The notes under the pieces were generated by a model. That model did no database searches. It worked only from the letters and a program-made list of their open reading frames with translations, and was not told the origin of the DNA. Of a DNA stretch of 64,000 bases, positions 28,422-38,760 are shown in pieces. A program made the translations under genes and the position numbers. The first letter of the stretch is position 1. Each line of letters begins with the position of its first letter. Source of the DNA: Pseudomonadota bacterium (GTDB lineage Bacteria > Pseudomonadota > Gammaproteobacteria > Pseudomonadales > Balneatricaceae); assembly GCA_034189745.1 (NCBI GenBank), contig JAXHUI010000003.1, positions 15,048 through 79,047 of the forward strand, read 5' to 3'.

Positions 28422-29936
28422 TCAGCTCCGGGGGCGCATCGCCGGGAACAGCAGCACATCCCGAATGGAGGCGGAATCGGTCAACAGCATCACCAGACGG
28501 TCGATACCGATCCCCTCCCCCGCCGTCGGGGGCAGGCCATACTCCAGCGCGTTGATGTAGTCGGCATCGTAGTGCATCGCTTCCTCATCGCCGGCCTCTT
28601 TCTCTTCCACCTGTTTGCGAAAGCGTTCGGCCTGATCTTCGGCGTCGTTGAGCTCCGAGAAGCCGTTGGCCAGCTCCCGCCCGCCGATGAAAAACTCGAA
28701 CCGGTCGGTCACCTGCGGATTGTTGTCGTTGCGCCGCGCCAGCGGGCTCACTTCGGTCGGATATGCGGTGATGAAGGTCGGTTGCTGCAGGCGATGCTCG
28801 ACGGTTTTCTCGAAGATCTCGATCTGGATTTTGCCCAGCCCCCAGCCGTCCTTCACGTCGATATCCATCCGCTCGGCGATCTGGCGGGCGGCCGCGGCAT
28901 CGGCCAACGCCTCGGCGGTGATCTCCGGGTTGAAGTGCAAAATGGAATCGAACACGCTCATGCGGGTAAACGGCTTGCCCAGGTCGTATTCGAAGGTTTC
29001 CAGCACCTCCCCGGCCTCGTTGCGCACGGTGTTGACCACGCAGGTGGTGCCCAGCACCTCCTGCGCCACGCAGCGCAGCATCTCTTCGGTCAGATCCATC
29101 AGATCGTTGTAATCGGCATAGCCCTGATAGAATTCGATCATGGTGAACTCAGGGTTGTGGCGGGTGGAGAGCCCCTCGTTGCGGAAGTTGCGGTTGATCT
29201 CAAACACCCGCTCGAAGCCCCCCACCACCAGCCGCTTGAGGTAGAGCTCCGGGGCGATGCGCAGGTACATCTGCAGGTCCAGCGCGTTATGATGGGTGAC
29301 GAACGGGCGCGCCGTGGCGCCACCGGGGATCGGGTGCAGCATCGGCGTTTCCACTTCGATGAAGCGCCGCTCGATCAGGTAGTTGCGGATACCCGCGATG
29401 ATTCTGGCGCGCATCTCGAACACCTTGCGCGAGCGCTCGTTCATGATCAGATCCACGTAGCGCTGGCGATAGCGCAGCTCCATGTCCTGCAGCCCCTTGA
29501 ACTTGTCGGGCAGCGGGCGCAGGTTTTTGGTCAGCAGCTGGTACTGCGCCATATCCACATAAAGGTCGCCCTTGCCGGACTTGTGCAACAGGCCGCTGAC
29601 GCCGATGATGTCACCCAGATCCACCCGCTTGGCAAAGGGGCGCGCCTCCTTGTTGACGTACAGCTGGATGCGCCCGCTCATATCCTGCAGCACCATGAAC
29701 GCGCCGCGATTGCGCACCACCCGGCCCGCCACGGCGACCCGGATGCCGGCCTGTTCCAGCTCCTCCTTGCTCTTGCCGCCATGCGCCCGCTGCAGGTCGT
29801 CGGCGTAGCTGTCACGGCGAAAGTCGTTGGGGAAGGGGTTGCCCTGCTGGCGCAGGGCGGCAAGTTTTTCCCGCCGTTCGGCGATCAGGCGGTTTTCATC
29901 TTGCGGTTGGTTTTGCTGCACGCTGTGGTCTGCCAT
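28422..29936 (-). CDS. lysS: Lysyl-tRNA synthetase (class II)
   Basis: [40 protein letters not shown]. Confidence 0.98.
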   Translation of the reverse strand: MADHSVQQNQPQDENRLIAERREKLAALRQQGNPFPNDFRRDSYADDLQRAHGGKSKEELEQAGIRVAVAGRVVRNRGAFMVLQDMSGRIQLYVNKEARPFAKRVDLGDIIGVSGLLHKSGKGDLYVDMAQYQLLTKNLRPLPDKFKGLQDMELRYRQRYVDLIMNERSRKVFEMRARIIAGIRNYLIERRFIEVETPMLHPIPGGATARPFVTHHNALDLQMYLRIAPELYLKRLVVGGFERVFEINRNFRNEGLSTRHNPEFTMIEFYQGYADYNDLMDLTEEMLRCVAQEVLGTTCVVNTVRNEAGEVLETFEYDLGKPFTRMSVFDSILHFNPEITAEALADAAAARQIAERMDIDVKDGWGLGKIQIEIFEKTVEHRLQQPTFITAYPTEVSPLARRNDNNPQVTDRFEFFIGGRELANGFSELNDAEDQAERFRKQVEEKEAGDEEAMHYDADYINALEYGLPPTAGEGIGIDRLVMLLTDSASIRDVLLFPAMRPRS

Positions 29937-29959
29937 CGGGGATACCTTGAAACGGATAC

Positions 29960-31054
29960 TTACAGGCCGGCCTTGAGGCTGGCTTCGATAAACTGATCCA
30001 GATCGCCATCGAGCACACGATCACAGTTGGAGGTCTGTACGCCGGTGCGCAGATCCTTGATCCGCTGGTCATCCAGCACGTAGGAGCGGATCTGGCTGCC
30101 CCAGCCGATGTCCGCCTTGGAGTCCTCGACCTCCTGCGCCGCCGCGCGCCGTTTCATCATCTCCAGCTCGTAGAGCTTGGCGCGCAACTGCTTCATGCAG
30201 GTGTCGCGGTTTTGATGCTGGGAGCGGGCCGACTGGCTCTGCACCACGATGCCGGTGGGCTCGTGGGTGATGCGCACGGCGGACTCGGTGCGGTTGACGT
30301 GCTGACCACCGGCGCCGGAGGCCCGGTAGACATCCACGCGCAGGTCGGCGGGGTTGATCTCGATCTCCACGTTGTCGTCGATCTCCGGCGAAACAAACAC
30401 CGAGGAGAAGGAGGTGTGCCGACGGCCACCGGAATCGAAGGGTGATTTGCGCACCAGACGGTGTACGCCGGTTTCGGTTCGCAGCCAGCCATAGGCGTAT
30501 TCGCCTTCGAAACGGACGGTGGCGGACTTGATACCGGCCACCTCACCGCCGGATACCTCCAGCAGCTCGGTCTTGAACCCTTTCCTCTCGCCCCAGCGCA
30601 GGTACATGCGCAGCAACATATTGGCCCAGTCCTGGGCTTCGGTCCCGCCCGAGCCGGCCTGAATCTCCAGGAAGGCGTTGTTGGCGTCGGCCTCACCGGA
30701 GAACATACGGCGAAACTCCAGCTGCTCCAGCTGCTTACGCAACCGTTCCACATCCGCCTGCACCTCGGCGACGGTAGCTTCGTCACCCTCTTCAGCCGCC
30801 ATCTGCAGCAGGTCACGCGCGTCGCTGATACCGGCGGTCAGCTCATCGATGGTTTTCACCACCGTCTCGAGGCCGGAGCGCTCACGGCCCAGCTGCTGCG
30901 CCTTTTCCGGGTCGTTCCACACCCCAGGATTTTCCAGCTCGCGCTCAACCTCTTCCAGCCGGTCACGCTTGCCATCATAATCGAGGTAGCCGCGCAGCGA
31001 GCGGGTGCGCTCGCCAAACTCCTTCAGACTATTGAGAATCGGATTGATTTCCAT
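29960..31054 (-). CDS. prfB: Peptide chain release factor 2, single uninterrupted ORF
   Basis: SPF and GGQ motifs, [10 protein letters not shown]; MEINP start; 364 aa in one frame; upstream of lysS. Confidence 0.97.
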   Translation of the reverse strand: MEINPILNSLKEFGERTRSLRGYLDYDGKRDRLEEVERELENPGVWNDPEKAQQLGRERSGLETVVKTIDELTAGISDARDLLQMAAEEGDEATVAEVQADVERLRKQLEQLEFRRMFSGEADANNAFLEIQAGSGGTEAQDWANMLLRMYLRWGERKGFKTELLEVSGGEVAGIKSATVRFEGEYAYGWLRTETGVHRLVRKSPFDSGGRRHTSFSSVFVSPEIDDNVEIEINPADLRVDVYRASGAGGQHVNRTESAVRITHEPTGIVVQSQSARSQHQNRDTCMKQLRAKLYELEMMKRRAAAQEVEDSKADIGWGSQIRSYVLDDQRIKDLRTGVQTSNCDRVLDGDLDQFIEASLKAGL

Positions 31055-31212
31055 GCCGGGACTACAAACTCGCTGGTTGAGAAAAGTGAGCCATTCTACC
31101 TGATCCGCCGCTCCGTTTGAACGCTTGCAAAGCGCCCCCGATTCTTTACGGGGGAGGCTCGACTTGAGGGGGAATGTCGGCAAGAATGAGCCAATCAACT
31201 TCGGAGGCTCGC

Positions 31213-32667
31213 ATGATAAGGAAACGTATTCTGCCTGTAGCGGCTGCCCTGCTGCTGTCATTGCCCGCCCAAGCGTCCACGGAGGGGACGCCACACCTGA
31301 TCGATCTGACCACCAGCGTCTATGGTTACCTGGCGCTGCTGCTCTTTGCGCTGGCTTATGTTTTCGTCGCGCTGGAGGAGCGGCTGGCGCTGCGCAAATC
31401 AAAACCGGTCATCGTGGCGGCAGGGCTGATCTGGATACTGGTTGGCGTGGCCTATCGCCAGCAGGGGGACCAGGTCACCGCCGGCATCCAGCTACGGCAG
31501 TACATCCTGGATTACGCCGAGCTGTTTCTGTTCCTCCTCTCCGCCATGACCTATGTCAATATGCTCGAGGAGCGGCGGGTGTTCGAGGCGCTGCGCACCT
31601 GGCTGGTTTCCCGCGGGTTTTCCCTGCGCAGCGTGTACTGGATCACAGGCGCGCTTACCTTCTGCATCTCGCCCGTCGCCGACAACCTTTCCACCGCGCT
31701 GCTGATGGGCGCGGTGGTGATGGCGGTCGGCAAACACAACAACCGTTTCATCGCCGTCGGTTGCGTCAACGTGGTGGTGGCCGCCAACGCCGGCGGCGCG
31801 TTCAGCCCGTTTGGCGACATCACCACGTTGATGGTTTGGCAGCAGGGGCATGTTTCTTTCACCCAATTTTTCCAGCTGTTGTTGCCGGCGCTTATCAACT
31901 GGTTGATACCGGCGTTTTTGATGAACCTCGTGATCGAAGATGCGCGCCCCGACAACACCGGCAGACAGCGGCATCAACGCATGAAAAAGGGGGGCGTCAC
32001 CATCATGCTGATGTTCCTGGGGACCATCATCCTGTCGGTGCTGATTCACAGTGTGCTGAATCTGGCGCCGGCCCTGGGGATGATGACCGGGCTCGGGGTG
32101 TTGAAGCTATACGGTTACTATCTGAGTCTGCATGATCCAGTATTTCTCGATCCGGGGCATATCATCCACCACCAGTCCGAGAACAGCAGCAACCACAGCA
32201 TGCTGCGCGGTGACTATTCCGGTGTGGTGCGTCGTTTCGATATTTTCAAGGTCGTCGAGCGTGCCTCCTGGGATACGCTGATGTTCTTCTACGGTATCAT
32301 TCTGTGTGTGGGGGGGCTGGCCACACTGGGCTATCTGGCCCACCTCTCCACCCTGTTGTATGGCACCCTGGGCATACCGCTGGCCAACAGTGTGATCGGG
32401 GTACTATCGGCGCTGGTGGATAACATTCCGGTGATGTTTGCCGTGCTGTCGATGGACCCGGGGATGACCTACAGCCAGTGGCTGCTGGTCACCCTGACGG
32501 TGGGTACCGGCGGATCGCTGCTTTCGGTCGGCTCGGCGGCGGGGGTCGCACTGATGGGGCAGGCACAGGGAACATACACGTTCATGACGCACCTGAAATG
32601 GAGCTGGGCCATTCTGTTGGGCTATGTGGCCAGCATTTTCTGTCACCTTTGGCTTTCTGGACTCTGA
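31213..32667 (+). CDS. nhaD: NhaD-family Na+/H+ antiporter
   Basis: [49 protein letters not shown]; many TM helices. Confidence 0.88.
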   Translation: MIRKRILPVAAALLLSLPAQASTEGTPHLIDLTTSVYGYLALLLFALAYVFVALEERLALRKSKPVIVAAGLIWILVGVAYRQQGDQVTAGIQLRQYILDYAELFLFLLSAMTYVNMLEERRVFEALRTWLVSRGFSLRSVYWITGALTFCISPVADNLSTALLMGAVVMAVGKHNNRFIAVGCVNVVVAANAGGAFSPFGDITTLMVWQQGHVSFTQFFQLLLPALINWLIPAFLMNLVIEDARPDNTGRQRHQRMKKGGVTIMLMFLGTIILSVLIHSVLNLAPALGMMTGLGVLKLYGYYLSLHDPVFLDPGHIIHHQSENSSNHSMLRGDYSGVVRRFDIFKVVERASWDTLMFFYGIILCVGGLATLGYLAHLSTLLYGTLGIPLANSVIGVLSALVDNIPVMFAVLSMDPGMTYSQWLLVTLTVGTGGSLLSVGSAAGVALMGQAQGTYTFMTHLKWSWAILLGYVASIFCHLWLSGL

Positions 32668-32668
32668 C

Positions 32669-33346
32669 ATGACTGAACCTACCGCCAACCTGGAAAAAAA
32701 ACCCGTCTGGGATATTTATGTACGCCTGTTCCACTGGACTCTGGCCGTCAGCATTCTGTTCGCCTGGTGGAGCGGTGAACAGGGCGGCAACTGGATGACC
32801 TGGCACATGTACGCCGGCTATACCGTGCTGGGGCTGGTGCTGTTCCGCCTGCTGTGGGGGGTTGCCGGCAGCCATTACGCCCGCTTCAGCGAGTTCGTCT
32901 ACTCCCCGACCAGCACCCTCCGCTACACACGGCAGCTGCTTCAGCACCGCGAGCCCCACTATCTGGGCCACAATCCGCTCGGTGGCTGGATGGTGGTGGC
33001 GCTGTTGCTGCTGGCGGCGGCCCAGGCGGGTACCGGCCTGTTTGCCAATGACGAGATCTTCACCGAAGGGCCGCTGGCCCAGCTGATCAGCTACGACCTG
33101 AGTGTCGAGATCACCCGCTGGCACAAAGGGTTGTTCAATATCCTGCTACTGGCCATCGTCCTGCACATTCTCGGTGTCATCTACCATCAGGTGTTCAAAC
33201 GGGAGAGCCTGGTTCAGGCCATGCTACATGGCTACAAACTGGCGGCCAATGATACCCCCAGCCACCCATTCGCTCCCTTTCTGCGCGGGCTAGTGCTGGC
33301 CCTGGTGGCGGCCGTGATCGTCTGGGGCGTGGTCAATTTGGCCTGA
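32669..33346 (+). CDS. Diheme cytochrome b (cytochrome b/b6-like membrane protein)
   Basis: WDIYVRLFHW, HMYAG, GHNPLGG, WHKG, LHILG; four TM segments with His ligands. Confidence 0.85.
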   Translation: MTEPTANLEKKPVWDIYVRLFHWTLAVSILFAWWSGEQGGNWMTWHMYAGYTVLGLVLFRLLWGVAGSHYARFSEFVYSPTSTLRYTRQLLQHREPHYLGHNPLGGWMVVALLLLAAAQAGTGLFANDEIFTEGPLAQLISYDLSVEITRWHKGLFNILLLAIVLHILGVIYHQVFKRESLVQAMLHGYKLAANDTPSHPFAPFLRGLVLALVAAVIVWGVVNLA

Positions 33347-33351
33347 ACGCA

Positions 33352-33379
33352 AACAGGGCGCCGAACTGGGCGCCCTGTT
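33352..33379. terminator. Hairpin between the convergent cytochrome b and cytochrome c' genes
   Basis: 11-bp inverted repeat AACAGGGCGCC / GGCGCCCTGTT. Confidence 0.65.
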
Positions 33380-33402
33380 GCAACCGGATTGGCGTCGGGT
33401 GG

Positions 33403-33846
33403 TCACTCCTTGAAGTTGTCGTGGCAGCCCTTGCAGGTTTTGCCCACTTCACCGAAGGCGGGACGAATCTTCTCCATGTCACCGCTTTGCGCCACGGCCG
33501 CCAGGGCGTCGGTTTTTTCGACCAGAGTGTTCATCCCCTGCTCAAACTTATCCCAGTTCTGCTCGATCTCCGGCAGCGCCTCGGTGTCACCCTCGTAGGA
33601 GCCGGGGATGAAACCTTCCAGCGGGAGCCGGCTCAGCTGCGCCACGATCTCCGCCCGGCGGGCAAAATCCTCGGCGTCGTAATCCTGTTTGCCCTTGACC
33701 ATATCCGCCATGGTGGCGAAGTGCCACTTGACAGCACTGAACACGCCCCGCCGGTATTCGATCGCCTCTTCCACATCCGTGGCCAGCGCGGCCGTACTGC
33801 CCAGCACCAGAACCCCTGCCAATCCAACCATTGCGATTTTTTTCAT
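33403..33846 (-). CDS. Cytochrome c' / c-556 (class II cytochrome c)
   Basis: Signal peptide, IEYRR, C-terminal CKGCH. Confidence 0.9.
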   Translation of the reverse strand: MKKIAMVGLAGVLVLGSTAALATDVEEAIEYRRGVFSAVKWHFATMADMVKGKQDYDAEDFARRAEIVAQLSRLPLEGFIPGSYEGDTEALPEIEQNWDKFEQGMNTLVEKTDALAAVAQSGDMEKIRPAFGEVGKTCKGCHDNFKE

Positions 33847-33959
33847 GTCGTTTTTCCTTTTCTTTTCCATTGATGATCCCGGCCCGATTCTATACGAGCG
33901 CCCCCCGATCCAACAAGCGCACACTTGAAGGGGCTCACCGGTGAGCGGCGCGGTGCCGA

Positions 33960-34475
33960 TCAGTCCTCGAAGGCCCGCAGCAGCTGGGGTATCCAGGCGT
34001 TGATCCGCGCCTCGCTCAGGTGGTGTTCGCTATCTTCATCCAGCGCCAGGCCCACAAAGTGCCGCTTGTCCCCGGTCAGCGCTTTCGACGCCTCGAAGCG
34101 GTAACCCGCGATCGGCCAGGGCAGGACCAGCTCCCCCCCCGCCGCCTGCAACAGCTCATGGAGCGCGCCCATCGCATCCAGAAACCACTCACCATAGCCC
34201 AGCTGATCCCCCAACCCGAACAGGGCGATCTTTTTGCCGCTGAAATCGAGCGTCTGCAGAGCGGGCCACTGCTCCTCCCAGTCCTCCTGCAACTGGCCAA
34301 ACTCCCAGGTCGAGATCCCCATGATCAGCAGTTGATAGTGGGCCATCTCGCCGATCCCCTCGAGGGCGATATCATGTAGCTGGATCCGTTCGGGCAACGC
34401 TGCCGCAATCTGTTCTGCGACCCTTTCGGTGTTGCCCGTGGTACTGGCGTAAAACAGGCCGATGGGGGTACTCAT
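33960..34475 (-). CDS. fldB: Long-chain flavodoxin (FldB-like)
   Basis: STTGNTE, ISTWEFGQLQEDW, FGLGDQ.GY, FVGLALDE. Confidence 0.85.
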   Translation of the reverse strand: MSTPIGLFYASTTGNTERVAEQIAAALPERIQLHDIALEGIGEMAHYQLLIMGISTWEFGQLQEDWEEQWPALQTLDFSGKKIALFGLGDQLGYGEWFLDAMGALHELLQAAGGELVLPWPIAGYRFEASKALTGDKRHFVGLALDEDSEHHLSEARINAWIPQLLRAFED

Positions 34476-34548
34476 GGCTACTCTCGATCACAGGCCACCG
34501 AGGCGGCCCGGCATGGGGCGGGCAACGGCCGCACCCTCGAACTGAATG

Positions 34549-34571
34549 AAAAAGCAGCCGCGCGGGCTGCT
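34549..34571 (-). terminator. Intrinsic terminator of the phasin-like gene
   Basis: AGCAGCC / GGCTGCT stem followed by a T-run on the minus strand. Confidence 0.55.
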
Positions 34572-34595
34572 CCAGTGGTCGCCAGCCGGCTGGCG

Positions 34596-34928
34596 TTATT
34601 TTTTCTTGCCGGTCATGGCATCCCATGAGCCCTGGGCCAACTGCTGCATCGCCTGCTGGGCGGTGCTCAGCGCCTTCAGGTTCTGCTCATTGGCCGCGCG
34701 CAATGTCTCCTCCAGCGCCTTGGCATAGGCTTGTTGCAGCTCGATCAGGTCGTTCGGCGTTTTGCATTTTTGCAGCTCGCTGGTTTGCTGCATGGTCGCC
34801 TCGATGCAGGCCTTGGTGCACTCCATCTGCTGGCGGGTCAGCTCCTCCAGCATCTGAGTCTGGATGTTCACCAGCTCGCGGAAGGGGCCCATCGATTCGG
34901 TCATCTGTTTGGTCATGTCTTGGAACAT
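34596..34928 (-). CDS. Phasin-family (PHA granule-associated) protein
   Basis: Small all-helical Gln/Ala-rich protein, KCKTPNDLIELQQAY resembles the phasin pattern. Confidence 0.6.
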   Translation of the reverse strand: MFQDMTKQMTESMGPFRELVNIQTQMLEELTRQQMECTKACIEATMQQTSELQKCKTPNDLIELQQAYAKALEETLRAANEQNLKALSTAQQAMQQLAQGSWDAMTGKKK

Positions 34929-35056
34929 GGTCTGCCTCCTAGGTTGGCATCTATCGTTAAAATCCACAATTAACCATTGTAGACTGAAAGCCACAAGTTG
35001 GATGCGCTAGAATCGCGATTCAGATCAAATTCCACACTCAACCACGAGGTGTACCG

Positions 35057-35455
35057 ATGCGCATGTTGCACACCATGTACCGGGTCAGCGACCTGGAAAA
35101 ATCACTCGCTTTTTACACCGAGGTGCTCGGAATGCGCCTGTTACGCCGCAGGGATTACCCAGAAGGCCGGTTCACGCTGGCGTTTGTCGGCTACGGCGAC
35201 GAGGCCGAGAACACCGTACTGGAGCTCACCCATAATTGGGACACCGATCACTACGATCTGGGCACCGGCTATGGCCATATCGCCATCGAGGTGGATGATG
35301 TTTATACGGCCTGTGACCAGATCAAGGCCAAAGGAGGTGAGGTGGTGCGCGAGGCGGGCCCGATGAAGAACTCCAGCTCGGGCACCATTCTCGCCTTTGT
35401 CCGCGACCCGGACGGCTACATGATCGAGCTGCTCAGCCCGCAACGGGGGGACTGA
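35057..35455 (+). CDS. gloA: Lactoylglutathione lyase (glyoxalase I)
   Basis: LHTMYRV, LELTHNWD, YGHIAIEVDD, FVRDPDGYMIEL. Confidence 0.95.
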   Translation: MRMLHTMYRVSDLEKSLAFYTEVLGMRLLRRRDYPEGRFTLAFVGYGDEAENTVLELTHNWDTDHYDLGTGYGHIAIEVDDVYTACDQIKAKGGEVVREAGPMKNSSSGTILAFVRDPDGYMIELLSPQRGD

Positions 35456-35481
35456 GCGGCGGAGGGACTGAGCCCGAAACG

Positions 35482-37110
35482 TCAGGTGCGGAATTTGGCC
35501 GTCATATCCTGCAGCTGTGCCGCCAGCCGCGACAACTCGTGGCTGGCCGTTTCGGTCTGACTTGCGCCGGTGGCGGACTCCTGGGCGTTGTCGTTGATCG
35601 TCACCAGTGAACGGTTGATCTCTTCGGCCACACTGCTCTGCTCCTCGGCTGCACTTGCGACCTGGGCGTTGAGGTCGGTGATACGCTTGGCCGCCGCGGA
35701 GATGCGCTGCAGCGCTTCACCGGCTTTCTTCGCTTGCTCGCCGGTCAGTTCGGCACGCTCCTGACTCACCTTCATCGCCGCAACGGCGTCGTGGGTGCCC
35801 GCCTGCAAGCGAGCGATCACCCGCTGAATCTCTTCGGTCGATTCCTGGGTGCGCCGCGCCAGGGAACGAACCCCATCCGCGACCACGGCAAAGCCGCGAC
35901 CATGCTCGCCGGCGCGGGCCGCCTCGATGGCCGCGTTGAGCGCCAGCAGGTTGGTCTGTTCAGCAACGTCGTGGATCACGTCGACCACGCTGCCGATATT
36001 TTCACTGTCCTGCTCCACCACCGCTATCTGCGCCGCGACCTTGCGCACCTGCTCGATCAGATCCGCGGTCGCATGGGAGACCTCGACGACAACGCGGTTA
36101 CCGTTGTTGGCCTCCTCGTAGGTGGTGCGCGCCTCCGCATCCGCCCGCTCGGCACTGCCGGCCACCTCCTGCACACTGGAAACCATCTCATTCATGGCGG
36201 CCGCCACCTGCTCCACCTCGGCGCGCTGGCTGTTGATGGTCTTGCTGGAGTGGCTACTGATGCTACTCAGCTCCTCCGCCGCCGTGGCCAACTGGGTAGC
36301 CGCACCGGAGATGTGCCCAACCAGGCTTTGCATCTGCGCCAGCATCTGGTTGAGGCCAACCGCGATGCGGGCCAGCTCGGTATCCCCCACGACCTTGGCT
36401 CGCAGGCTTAGATCGGAGTTGCTCGCCACCCCCTTCATGACATTTTCCAGATCATCCAGGGGTTCACGCATGGCGCGGTAAATCATTACCCCCATGACCG
36501 CGACCAGCAGGATAAAACCACCACACAAGCCAACCTGAAATATTCGCTGCTGTTGGTAGACTTGATTGAGGCTTTGCCGCATCCGATCGGCCTCACTCAA
36601 TTGCAGTTCAATCAGCTCATTCACCTTGTCGCCAATGGGTTCGATGACGCCGTAAAGCTCATCGCTGAAGAGACTCACATCGCCGTAAGGTAGCCTTTCG
36701 CGGACTTTAAGCTGGTCGACCAGCTGATCAAGCAGCTTGTCCGCTCGCTCGAACAACACGCTGGTTTCCTCCACCAGCTGCTGCTCCTTTGGCGTCAGAT
36801 CGGTGGCGGTGTAGCGTTGCCAGTCGCGCTGGATCTTTTCCCGCACCCGGATCACGGCAGCCAGGCCATCTTCGGCCTTCATCAACCCCCGGTCCACCTT
36901 GTTGACCGTGTCGATGACCTCGCTCTCATAACTGCCCGCCACGTTCCTCAACAGCACGAGAGGTTCGATCCGATCCACATAGAGCCGATCCATCCCCTGA
37001 TTGGCATTACCCAGAGCGATGAGTGCGGCACTCACACTGGCAATCAGAACGATCACCGGCAGCACCAGCCCCAGCACCAGCATTTTTTTAATACTCATTC
37101 GGTTCAGCAT
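35482..37110 (-). CDS. Methyl-accepting chemotaxis protein (4HB sensor, HAMP, signalling domain)
   Basis: Two TM helices flanking a periplasmic domain; [27 protein letters not shown]. Confidence 0.95.
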   Translation of the reverse strand: MLNRMSIKKMLVLGLVLPVIVLIASVSAALIALGNANQGMDRLYVDRIEPLVLLRNVAGSYESEVIDTVNKVDRGLMKAEDGLAAVIRVREKIQRDWQRYTATDLTPKEQQLVEETSVLFERADKLLDQLVDQLKVRERLPYGDVSLFSDELYGVIEPIGDKVNELIELQLSEADRMRQSLNQVYQQQRIFQVGLCGGFILLVAVMGVMIYRAMREPLDDLENVMKGVASNSDLSLRAKVVGDTELARIAVGLNQMLAQMQSLVGHISGAATQLATAAEELSSISSHSSKTINSQRAEVEQVAAAMNEMVSSVQEVAGSAERADAEARTTYEEANNGNRVVVEVSHATADLIEQVRKVAAQIAVVEQDSENIGSVVDVIHDVAEQTNLLALNAAIEAARAGEHGRGFAVVADGVRSLARRTQESTEEIQRVIARLQAGTHDAVAAMKVSQERAELTGEQAKKAGEALQRISAAAKRITDLNAQVASAAEEQSSVAEEINRSLVTINDNAQESATGASQTETASHELSRLAAQLQDMTAKFRT

Positions 37111-37369
37111 TTCGATCTCCTGTCAGACGTACAGCGGAAGAGTCGGGGCAGGTGCCGTTGAGTGATCTTTTCCTGTACAATGGCTCGCCGGAAGTAACTA
37201 ACTGTGGATGAAAGCTCGGGTGCTAACGCCCATCGTTTCACGGAGCAGCGTAGCAGCATTATCTTGTACTCTCACTCCGGTCACAACCGTTGTATCCGTC
37301 TGCACCCCCATTCGGTGGAAGCCGTTGCAACACGACTTCCTGAAATGCATCAATGACGATGATGAAGGC

Positions 37370-38185
37370 ATGGCTTCGATGAACAGATCTATCCTCCTTG
37401 CAGCAGCGGGCCTGCTGTTTTCCCTGCACACCCCGATCACACTGGCTGCCAGCGTCGACGAGGCGCAGCGCGCCATCGCCGCCGGCAACTACGCCAAGGC
37501 GCTGTCCGAGCTGGAGCAACCGGTCAAGAACCAAGACCCCGCGGCGCTCTACCTGCTGGGTCAGATGTATGAAAACGGCTGGGGCGTTGCACAGAGCACC
37601 GAAGAGGCCCGCCGCTACTATGAACGCGGCGCCCAACAGGGGCACCTGGAGAGCCTGAACAGCCTGCGCGCTTTGAAAAACCAGGAATACAAGGCTGAAT
37701 TCGACCGCCTTCTCCCCCTTGCCCGCAGCGGCGATGGCGAGGCACAGAACCGCATCGGCGAGATGTATGAGTTTGGCCAGGGCGTGCCCCGCGACTATAC
37801 CAAGGCGCTCCACTGGTATCACGAGGCGGCGGAACAAAATATCGTCGCCGCTTGGTACAATCTGGGCCGCTGCTACAACTTCGGCAGCGGTGTGGAGCAG
37901 GACTACGCCCAGGCCGAGCAGTGGTATCGCAAGGCGGCCGAGCGCGGCCATAGGGATGCCATGTTCTTCCTCGGTACCCTCTACTCCAACAACCATGGAC
38001 AGGACGACACGGCCGACAGCGACATCCTCGCCTACGCCTGGATGCACAACGCGGCGGCACTGGGCAACAGCACCGCCCGCGCCATCGAGGTGCGCCTGCT
38101 GATGAAACTGGACGAGACCCAGCTGCAACAGGCCAAGGCGCTGGCGGAGCAGTACAAGGCCCGGTATGTGACGCCATTCGAGTAA
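37370..38185 (+). CDS. Exported Sel1-like repeat protein
   Basis: Signal peptide; repeated A..LG.MY..G.GV...A..WY..AA..G units. Confidence 0.88.
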   Translation: MASMNRSILLAAAGLLFSLHTPITLAASVDEAQRAIAAGNYAKALSELEQPVKNQDPAALYLLGQMYENGWGVAQSTEEARRYYERGAQQGHLESLNSLRALKNQEYKAEFDRLLPLARSGDGEAQNRIGEMYEFGQGVPRDYTKALHWYHEAAEQNIVAAWYNLGRCYNFGSGVEQDYAQAEQWYRKAAERGHRDAMFFLGTLYSNNHGQDDTADSDILAYAWMHNAAALGNSTARAIEVRLLMKLDETQLQQAKALAEQYKARYVTPFE

Positions 38186-38260
38186 CACCCTGCCCCGGCG
38201 GGGTTGCCCCCGCCGCCCCGATCCCCTCAGCCAACTTCCGCGCAACCGGTGGATTTGAAC

Positions 38261-38755
38261 ATGCCGAGACAACGCCCCTTTGCCCAAGAGGCAACCGATC
38301 TGCGCCCAGCGTCTCTGCTGCGGCGACTACTGGCCATGCTGTATGACACCCTGCTGGTGGTCGCACTCTGGATGGTGGTCGGTGGGATCGCCGTCCTACT
38401 CAACGGTGGCGAGGCGATCAGCGCCGAAAACAACCCACCGATGGTGGTAGCCCTGTTCAGGTCGGCCCTGTTCTGCATCACCTTTCTCTTTTTTGGCTAC
38501 TTCTGGACCCGCAATGGGCAAACACTGGGTATGCAGGCGTGGCGGCTGAGGGTTCAGACACTGGACGGGGAGCGGCTGAGCTGGAGCAGAGCGCTGGTGC
38601 GCTTTCTCTGTGCCATCCCCTCACTGGGGTTGGGTGGGATCGGCCTGTTCGCGATGCTGTTCACCGATGAGCGCCTGAGCTGGCATGACCGCTGGTCCGG
38701 CAGCTGCATCGTCCGGCTGGCCGGGCCGAGCGGAACAAAACCGCCGCCGCCCTGA
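38261..38755 (+). CDS. RDD-family membrane protein
   Basis: LRRLLAMLYD, GQTLGMQAWRLRV, WHDRWSG; usual neighbour of lptG. Confidence 0.88.
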   Translation: MPRQRPFAQEATDLRPASLLRRLLAMLYDTLLVVALWMVVGGIAVLLNGGEAISAENNPPMVVALFRSALFCITFLFFGYFWTRNGQTLGMQAWRLRVQTLDGERLSWSRALVRFLCAIPSLGLGGIGLFAMLFTDERLSWHDRWSGSCIVRLAGPSGTKPPPP

Positions 38756-38760
38756 GCGCC

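Noticed and set aside
29000-29050. About 10-aa insertion in LysS ([17 protein letters not shown]) relative to E. coli
   Set aside because: Surface-loop indel, most likely a lineage trait; nothing suggests a function.
31055-31402. 116-codon N-terminal extension of prfB shown in the ORF track
   Set aside because: RF2 homology starts at MEINP (31054); the extension overlaps the nhaD start on the other strand.
37111-37369. Riboswitch or sigma28 promoter upstream of the MCP
   Set aside because: No c-di-GMP-I signature (GGCAAAC/GAAA/GGGACGCAAAGC) and no TAAA-N15-GCCGATAA on either strand.
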